Translations under genes and position numbers: made by a program
Source: Octopus bimaculoides
Lineage: Eukaryota
Length of the DNA: 64,000 nucleotides
Assembly (NCBI RefSeq): GCF_001194135.2
Contig: NC_068987.1
Span: forward strand, 80,237,805 to 80,301,804
Direction of reading: 5' to 3'
Shown: positions 60,901 through 64,000 of the stretch, in pieces
Layout of the letters: each line of letters starts with the position of its first letter
How positions within the stretch are numbered: the first letter of the stretch is position 1
The notes under the pieces: generated by a model
Databases searched by the model: none
Told to the model about the DNA's origin: nothing
The model's input: the letters and a program-made list of their open reading frames with translations, nothing else

Positions 60901-62892
60901 CACTAGGAAATGAACTTCTTCTATACGGTATTCTTCTCGTTTAGTTATCATGGATTATCTTTCTGTTTACTGGAGACAGAGCTTTGCAGACTTGGTGATG
61001 TTGGGGTTGTTATCTTGCCCCATTAGCATTAAAGAAGTAACTGAATTTCGTTGCAGCAGAGAAATTTGATTTGCTTCAATTTAACCGACTATTTAGCAGT
61101 GATTTCTTATCCTCAGGCGAAAAAGGCATACTTTTACAAAAGACGATATATAACAATGCGTGGAATTCTTTTTCTTTTTCAAGATGATTATTGTCTAACA
61201 CGGAGGGTTTCCAGCCCGAGGTGCCTGAAACCCCTGCAGGTGTAAAATAGTGTCTCCTGCGGTAAGCGGGAAAGTGTATATTTTATTAAAACATGTTTCC
61301 AGAATAGAATTATTAACCCTTGAAAATATATTTATCTATTAGTCACACCAAGAATTTTATTAGTCTACATGTATAGTTTTAACTCTTCACTCTCTCAGAC
61401 CTAGGCCTTTGTGTCAAACTTTACCTTCCACCTGGGTTCCTGAGCAAAAAAAAATAATAATAAATAGAATAGAATAATAGATTGTTGTTCTTGTTGGCAC
61501 TCCGTCGCTTACGACGTCGAGAGTTCCAGTTGATCCGATCAACGGAACAGCCTGCTCGTGAAATTAACTTGCAAGTAGCTGAGCACTCCACAGACACGTG
61601 TACCCTTAACGTAGTTCTCGGGGATATTCAGCGTGACACAGTGTGACAAGGCTGGCCCTTTGAAATACGGGTACAACAGAAACAGGAAGAAAGAGTGAGA
61701 GAAAGTTGTGGTGAAAGAGTACAACAGGGTTCGCCACCATCCCCTGCCGGAGCCTCGTGGAGCATTAGGTGTTTTCGCTCAATGAACACTCACAACGCCC
61801 GGTCTGAGAATCGAAACCGCGATCCTATGACCGCGAGTCCGCTGCCCTAACCACTGGGCCATTGCGCCTCCACATAAATAGATTAGTCATTATAAAATTA
61901 GCTGTTCCTTCTTTTAATATTAAGTTAATTTTTTTGTAGAGGATTCTAAAATTAATCCAAATCTTCCTCGAAGTGTGGGTCATAGAAATAGTTGGCAACC
62001 ACTGGACAAACATGAAATAAAATTATTAGAATTGGAATATAAACCGCTTCACTTTGACTCTATTTTGACTAACCTAACATTGCAACACTCACTACTTACC
62101 TATGTCACTGTTGAGATATTTTCTGCAACAAATAATCGATTTCTTTAGACATTTGTTTACGTTTAACTAAATAAGAGAAAACACAAAACAATAGTTTTGT
62201 CTTAACAGAAAAAAATAATTACTTTCTTTTGGGTAGCAAATGTAGCATAGCAACAGGGTTAGGTATTTTTCTTTCGGGTTTCTCTGGAGGAACTAAATTT
62301 GTCACTTTTATTAAAGTCACAAATAATTTCATTTGTTCTGGTTTGTAGTTAAGTTTCATTTGTAGACGCCCCGTGATCAAGCGTGTAGTATCCTTCTTTA
62401 TCTCCAACTGAAAAGGAAATAAATTGTTTCAAATGGATGAATTTTTCATTCAACTTCCCTTTGGAATACACACAAAAATACAAAGTTATTTTTAGTAAAT
62501 TTCGTTTCATTCAGAATCTTCTTACGAAAAGTGTCTTTACATCTATTGGAGATATAAGACTGGAAATTACTGAAATCTATGATTGATGGATTAGTTTATT
62601 CCTTATAGATTAGCTGATAATTAAATATAAAAATTAAGAATAACAGTTGATACAATATATTTAACAATTTTAAAGTCGATGATTCAGCCTAGACTGGCAT
62701 ATGAATAAAGGAAACAATATATCAAATTTGATTGGTGTAAAGTCACTATAACCATTAAATTAGCAGTAAGTCTAAATTCTATTCTTGATGTAAAACTTAC
62801 CGGGGTTTTCGGAAGTATTCTCTTTTTCCGCCGTACTCCAAAACTTTCGAATTCCTTGTTTGTTGACTGCGTCAACTCCATATCCGTTGTGT
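22147..62892 (-). CDS. Multi-exon gene, 3' part only: RIM (RIMS/unc-10)/Piccolo/Fife-family presynaptic active-zone protein with C2A and C2B domains. The 5' exons (zinc finger, PDZ) are expected beyond the window end.
   Basis: 13 exons with GT-AG boundaries and consecutively matching phases, 1820 nt in total (about 605 aa to TAA at 22147-22149). Translation gives two RIM-type C2 domains in the RIM order, a GPGQ motif just before C2B, and intron positions like those I recall for RIMS genes. The exact paralogue is not resolved, so no symbol is given. Confidence 0.9.
22613..22867 (-). mobile_element. Short non-autonomous element: tRNA-derived Pol III head, (AAT)n spacer, hammerhead ribozyme module and TGTAAATAA-repeat tail
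   Basis: Minus strand reads GGCATATGGCGTAGTGGTTAAGAG (A box) ... CCGAGTTCGATTCC (B box), then an AAT repeat, then the hammerhead at 22709-22664, ending TGTAAATAATGTAAATA. No clear target-site duplication. Confidence 0.65.
22664..22709 (-). ncRNA. Minimal type I hammerhead ribozyme motif of the Penelope-associated (dimer-dependent) kind
   Basis: GACAC (stem I) - CTGAAGA - A - GGCTG/GAGGGTATAT/CAGCC (stem II) - GAAA - T GT T (loopless stem III, GUU cleavage triplet) - GTGTT (stem I partner with one G-U pair). Confidence 0.65.
23361..23503 (-). CDS. RIM-family exon: C2B middle (ETYVKTYLMQGNKTMQKKKTSVNKEGVNPSYREKIKYSACNALGRHLK)
   Basis: Acceptor TTTTTCTATTTGAAAG and donor AAG|GTGAAA; 143 nt, phase 1 to 0. 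Contains the YVK-x-YL and KKKT motifs. Confidence 0.92.
24097..24210 (-). CDS. RIM-family exon: C2B start (GDETKGCMKLGFIVTKGQLEISVITAHGLSRPDKSVPQ)
   Basis: Acceptor TTTTTGTCTCTGTAG and donor AAG|GTAAAA; 114 nt, phase 1 to 1. KGQLEI-x-VI-x-A-x-GL is the RIM C2B beta1-beta2 signature. Confidence 0.92.
24756..25134 (-). mobile_element. SINE family C with a 12-bp TSD
   Basis: TSD ATAAATACACAT at 24744-24755 and 25136-25147; collinear with the other copies. Confidence 0.88.
25268..25356 (-). CDS. RIM-family exon preceding C2B (STQTSPLLQHIHNVPELPCQGPGQIEAVQP); an alternative in-frame acceptor at 25413 is possible
   Basis: Acceptor CTCACTCTCTTTCAG and donor CAG|GTAAGT; 89 nt, phase 2 to 1. GPGQ corresponds to the conserved LGP(A/G)Q motif upstream of RIM C2B. 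Confidence 0.82.
26289..27240 (-). mobile_element. 5'-truncated CR1-group LINE (post-RT C-terminal domain, 3' UTR, poly-A) with a long flanking direct duplication
   Basis: ORFs 26922-27239, 26671-26952 and 26357-26686 give VRDLGI...LDYCS, LWSP...LEALQR...YWERLKQL-x-L-x-SLERRR and GPQLFNILP. Poly-A at 26289-26298. Near-identical flanks at 26211-26278 and 27254-27320. Confidence 0.88.
28236..29095. mobile_element. Cluster of four family-B SINEs: two on the minus strand (28236-28640), two on the plus strand (28696-29095), arranged head to head
   Basis: Repeated core motif in both orientations. Confidence 0.8.
31644..31734 (-). CDS. RIM-family linker exon (PQLGDLATPLSQATSITSLHADTTSAELLR)
   Basis: Strong acceptor TTTATTTATCTTCATTACAG and donor AAG|GTAACT; 91 nt, phase 1 to 2. 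Supplies the phase change needed between the phase-1 linker exons and the phase-2 exon at 25356. Confidence 0.8.
34023..34151 (-). CDS. RIM-family linker exon (DLHTLIVEDFSQPVNRSVSAGNVHTLDIKDYLLPSSLQNRGSA)
   Basis: Acceptor TACTTGCAG and donor CAC|GTAAGT; 129 nt, phase 1 to 1, open frame. Confidence 0.72.
36138..36560 (-). mobile_element. Head-to-tail family-B SINE multimer
   Basis: Two cores joined through the variant tail containing CTTGTGGGCAGTAAAGAAATA. Confidence 0.8.
36603..36664 (-). mobile_element. 3' tail of a CR1-group LINE copy running into an assembly gap
   Basis: GTAGTTTCAGCTCAGAGCTGTGGCCATGCTGGAGCAC...CTACACTGTTATT is nearly identical to 26299-26357. Confidence 0.7.
36665..37588. 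other. Assembly gap (N run)
   Basis: Other large gaps: 18240-18547, 40801-40985, 45556-46520, 49480-49696, 50565-51402, 57382-57481, 58641-59288. Further exons could be hidden in them. Confidence 1.
37967..38104 (-). CDS. RIM-family linker exon (GVHRNSLSKKVKRKMSQAVMKVSASLAASDCRESNESLPSVKLSES)
   Basis: Acceptor TTTACATTTAAG and donor CAG|GTTTGT; 138 nt, phase 1 to 1. RNSLSKKV resembles the RRSSLSAKV linker segment I recall from RIMS1/2. Confidence 0.72.
41782..41910 (-). CDS. RIM-family linker exon, possibly a cassette (GQNNLVTSDYLPQHQHTISEYLIHQRLTLVTDPTLSACLQPSS)
   Basis: Acceptor CCCTCCATTTTTACTTACACGTAATATCAG and weaker donor CAG|GTAGAT; 129 nt, phase 1 to 1, open frame. No homology support. 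Confidence 0.55.
44152..44521 (-). mobile_element. Head-to-tail family-B SINE multimer
   Basis: Same variant-tail junction type as 36138-36560. Confidence 0.8.
44735..44821 (-). CDS. RIM-family linker exon (ARDKLDAPFGRISPLHSPASSEDSYIVQP)
   Basis: Acceptor TTTTATTCTTGCAG and donor CAG|GTAAGA; 87 nt, phase 1 to 1, open frame. Confidence 0.78.
47041..47148 (+). repeat. Tandem repeat, 34-bp unit x 3.2, perfect
   Basis: Unit GCTGATATTTCTAGCAATTCCAATGACAACGTAG with no spacers. Confidence 0.95.
47308..47384. repeat. Palindromic tandem repeat, 29-bp unit x about 2.6
   Basis: TTATAGTCTTCA-TTC-TGAAGACTATAA-TT repeated; the first unit is a perfect 12-bp inverted repeat. Confidence 0.85.
48035..48416 (-). 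mobile_element. tRNA-derived SINE, family C (about 380 bp, (CAA)n tail) with a 15-bp TSD
   Basis: Head GTGGAGGCGCAATGGCCCAGCGG...GGTTTCGATTCC; TSD ACTACTCTTT(C/T)GTGT at 48020-48034 and 48415-48429. Confidence 0.88.
48744..48975. mobile_element. Foldback / MITE-like long inverted repeat
   Basis: Imperfect arms of about 105 bp; inner perfect 21-bp stem TCGCTTTGAGACCGCGACCTC (48828-48848) / GAGGTCGCGGTCTCAAAGCGA (48868-48888) around a 19-nt loop. Confidence 0.8.
49009..49369 (-). CDS. RIM-family exon: C2A C-terminal part plus Ser/Pro-rich linker (FKSLTLEITLWSFNKSADDDFIGEVLMDLYDAPMDNQLIWYDLEDHDENSSPLP...KKSP)
   Basis: Acceptor TTAATTTCAG and donor CTG|GTAAGA; 361 nt, phase 0 to 1. LEITLW, FIGEV and WY-x-L-x-x-HD-x-SS-x-P-LP are RIM C2A hallmarks; coincides with ORF 48992..49360. 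Confidence 0.93.
49950..50472 (+). mobile_element. R4/Dong-clade non-LTR retrotransposon 3' end (restriction-like endonuclease) with (TAA)n tail
   Basis: ORF 49970-50221, MPTDVNFTLKETEKLSKYNDLEIEVTRMWSLETETVLIVVGALG, fits the P-D-x-N...KE-x-EK-x-x-KY-x-DL-x-x-E-x-x-R-x-W...VVGALG RLE pattern. Followed by a 3' UTR and a long TAA repeat. Confidence 0.8.
50473..51580 (+). mobile_element. Second, 5'-truncated R4/Dong-like copy (mostly in gap) with its own (TAA)n tail
   Basis: Starts directly after the first TAA tail with SYSVTKQAKEYLSEF..., resumes after the gap with a 3'-end-like segment and TAATAATAA. The interior is not visible. Confidence 0.5.
52841..53008. mobile_element. MITE-like element (168 bp) with about 22-bp terminal inverted repeats; a second left end at 45231
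   Basis: GGATCTATTTCAAAACGGGGGC ... GCCCCCGTTTTAAAATAGATCC. GGATCTATTTTAAAACGGGGCC recurs at 45231 with a similar interior. No TSD is obvious. Confidence 0.7.
55984..56408 (+). mobile_element. tRNA-derived SINE, family A (CORE-like CCTTGGGCAAGT central motif, internal microsatellite, CR1-type tail, poly-A); most complete copy
   Basis: A box TGGCTGTGTGGTAAG and B box GGTTCAGTCCC; tail GGTGCTCCAGCATGGCC...CTGAAAC plus A-run. Related copies near 630-800, 2060-2370, 2925-3300, 7407-7570, 10787-11155 and 59289-59760 (+), and 29770-30160 (-). Confidence 0.85.
56795..57316 (+). mobile_element. 3' fragment of the same CR1-group LINE family, containing an internal minisatellite
   Basis: CKILEELTPNFGIGSYTRPRTGHHFTVP matches WKILEGIVPNFGIESYTNARTGRHCTVP in the 26.7-kb copy. 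Tail GGTGTTCCAGTATGGCC...CTGAAAC is shared. Confidence 0.8.
56973..57138 (+). repeat. Minisatellite, 23-bp unit x 7.2, inside a LINE remnant
   Basis: Unit AAACATCTGAGTGATC(T/A)CTATGG. Confidence 0.95.
59485..59520 (+). ncRNA. Degenerate hammerhead-like motif in a Penelope pLTR-like fragment inserted in a SINE's (TA)n tract
   Basis: CCTTT-CTGTTGA-A-GAGC/GTAG/GCTC-GAAACGTA-AAA. Has a perfect 4-bp stem II and palindromic ACGT stem III, but core CTGTTGA departs from CUGANGA and stem I is only 3 bp. Confidence 0.45.
59762..60312 (+). mobile_element. Trimeric family-B SINE array abutting the donor of exon 60319-60412
   Basis: Three cores separated by the variant tail; the 3' end lies immediately next to the GTAAGT donor. 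Confidence 0.82.
60319..60412 (-). CDS. RIM-family exon: C2A middle (ESQVFETTTILECSSPEWNETFTFVEIPPSR)
   Basis: Acceptor TTCTTTTATAG and donor CGG|GTAAGT; 94 nt, phase 2 to 0. Contains the canonical C2 P-x-WNETF motif. Confidence 0.9.
61483..61873 (-). mobile_element. SINE family C, full length
   Basis: Collinear with the other three copies; short AATAGATT-type TSD. Confidence 0.85.
62223..62407 (-). CDS. RIM-family exon: C2A N-terminal half (LEIKKDTTRLITGRLQMKLNYKPEQMKLFVTLIKVTNLVPPEKPERKIPNPVAMLHLLPKR)
   Basis: Acceptor TTTCCTTTTCAG and donor AA|GTAATT; 185 nt, phase 0 to 2. Matches the G-x-L-x-x-K-L...NP-x-x-x-x-x-LLP-x-R pattern of RIM/Piccolo C2A. Confidence 0.9.
62801..62892 (-). CDS. 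RIM-family exon: pre-C2A linker with class I SH3 ligand (TTDMELTQSTNKEFESFGVRRKKRILPKTP)
   Basis: Acceptor TATTCTAG and donor CCG|GTAAGT; 92 nt, phase 1 to 0. Open frame joins the next exon in phase. Confidence 0.75.
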
Positions 62893-64000
62893 CTAGAATA
62901 TTTAAATATTTGGTTAGGTTTTAAATACGTTTTATCATTTATAGCAACTTTTATTGATTTTTACCAAGAAAAGCCTTCGAAATATTTAAACATCCACTCT
63001 ACTATTTGAAGATAAAAATAGCCAAAGTAATTTTTTCAATGTGTATCTGCTTCTGTAAACGTTTATTTGGTATGTTTGTTGTTTTAAAATAGCCATTTTT
63101 GTGGCATTACGGTGTGATTTAGCTCAATTGCAGTCAAAATAATAATAGCACTATTTGCTATCATTCCTATTTTTCCGAAATACAAATATAGTCTTAAAAA
63201 ATGTGATATTTAACTAAAAAGTTCAAAGATGTACGATTAGAAACGATTTTCTGCCTTATTTTTTCAAACAATATGGCTGCCTTCAGAATTTCTCAAATTT
63301 AATTCCAAATGCCTCATGGTATGAGTATGTTCTGCAGGTTAGATGTGATATTGTTAACACAATGTAGTGAGTTAGTAGAAAGTGACATTTCACGTGTAGT
63401 AAGAGAAAAAGACATAAGTGCTATTGAAAATTGTTATTAAGAAGAAAAGGGAGCATACTCCATTGATTAAACTGACAATAAGTTGATGTGTAATATGTTA
63501 TCGCTTGCTCTACTAGAATTCTGCTAGGAATATTTACGAGAAATTGCATTACTTAACTCCGGCCTGAAGTAAATTACTTAATCCAGATTAGTTGGTAGGA
63601 TGTTTTTGGAAAACGACAGTCATCATTTGTATCCTTCTGTCATTGACACAACGTTCTGTCCGCAGCTAAGATATTTTATCTTAACAAGTGATCCAATTAG
63701 TCCACTAAACCGAAAATACGCGCCCTAAGAATAATAAGTAGATGCTCACAACAGTGGGAGCAATAAGAAAATGATAGGTGGGCAAAGCTGATTAGTCTCA
63801 ATTCAAATCTTCATGTGACGCTGTAAAAGTCACACCAGCACTCAGTCGTGACCAAAGTAATCCAGCCGTTGTTGAAAGCATTATTTCAATTTAGACTCTA
63901 GAAATGATTATATGTGTGATATCGAATGTACCAGAGCCCATTCAAAGATAAACACATGAATCGCAGGCAACCATACTGGTTGCCAATGGACAAACCATTG

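Noticed and set aside
62893-64000. Search for PDZ-domain exons of the RIM-family gene
   Set aside because: No open, splice-bounded segment with PDZ features was found; they probably lie beyond the window.

Overview
AT-rich, gap-ridden animal genomic DNA, dense in microsatellites and SINEs. The repeat repertoire suggests a cephalopod, probably Octopus (inference). Most ORFs in the supplied track are microsatellite, N-gap or transposon artefacts. The main feature is the 3' part of a minus-strand RIM (RIMS/unc-10)/Piccolo/Fife-family active-zone scaffold gene. I reconstructed 13 coding exons by hand between 62892 and the stop at 22147. All have GT-AG ends and consecutive phases match, giving about 605 aa: an RxLPxxP SH3 ligand, a divergent C2A, a Ser-rich linker and C2B. 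A convergent plus-strand terminal exon at 3857-3961 resembles the C-terminal ACT-like domain of metazoan threonine/serine dehydratases. The rest is mobile DNA: at least three tRNA-derived SINE families, CR1-group and R4/Dong LINE fragments, Penelope-like GIY-YIG remnants, foldback/MITE-like elements and minisatellites. The top lead is a 255-nt element in the gene's last intron, in sense orientation. It joins a tRNA-derived Pol III head to a minimal Penelope-type hammerhead ribozyme, making it a candidate ribozyme-bearing SINE. Protein-family calls rest on motifs recalled from memory, not on database searches.
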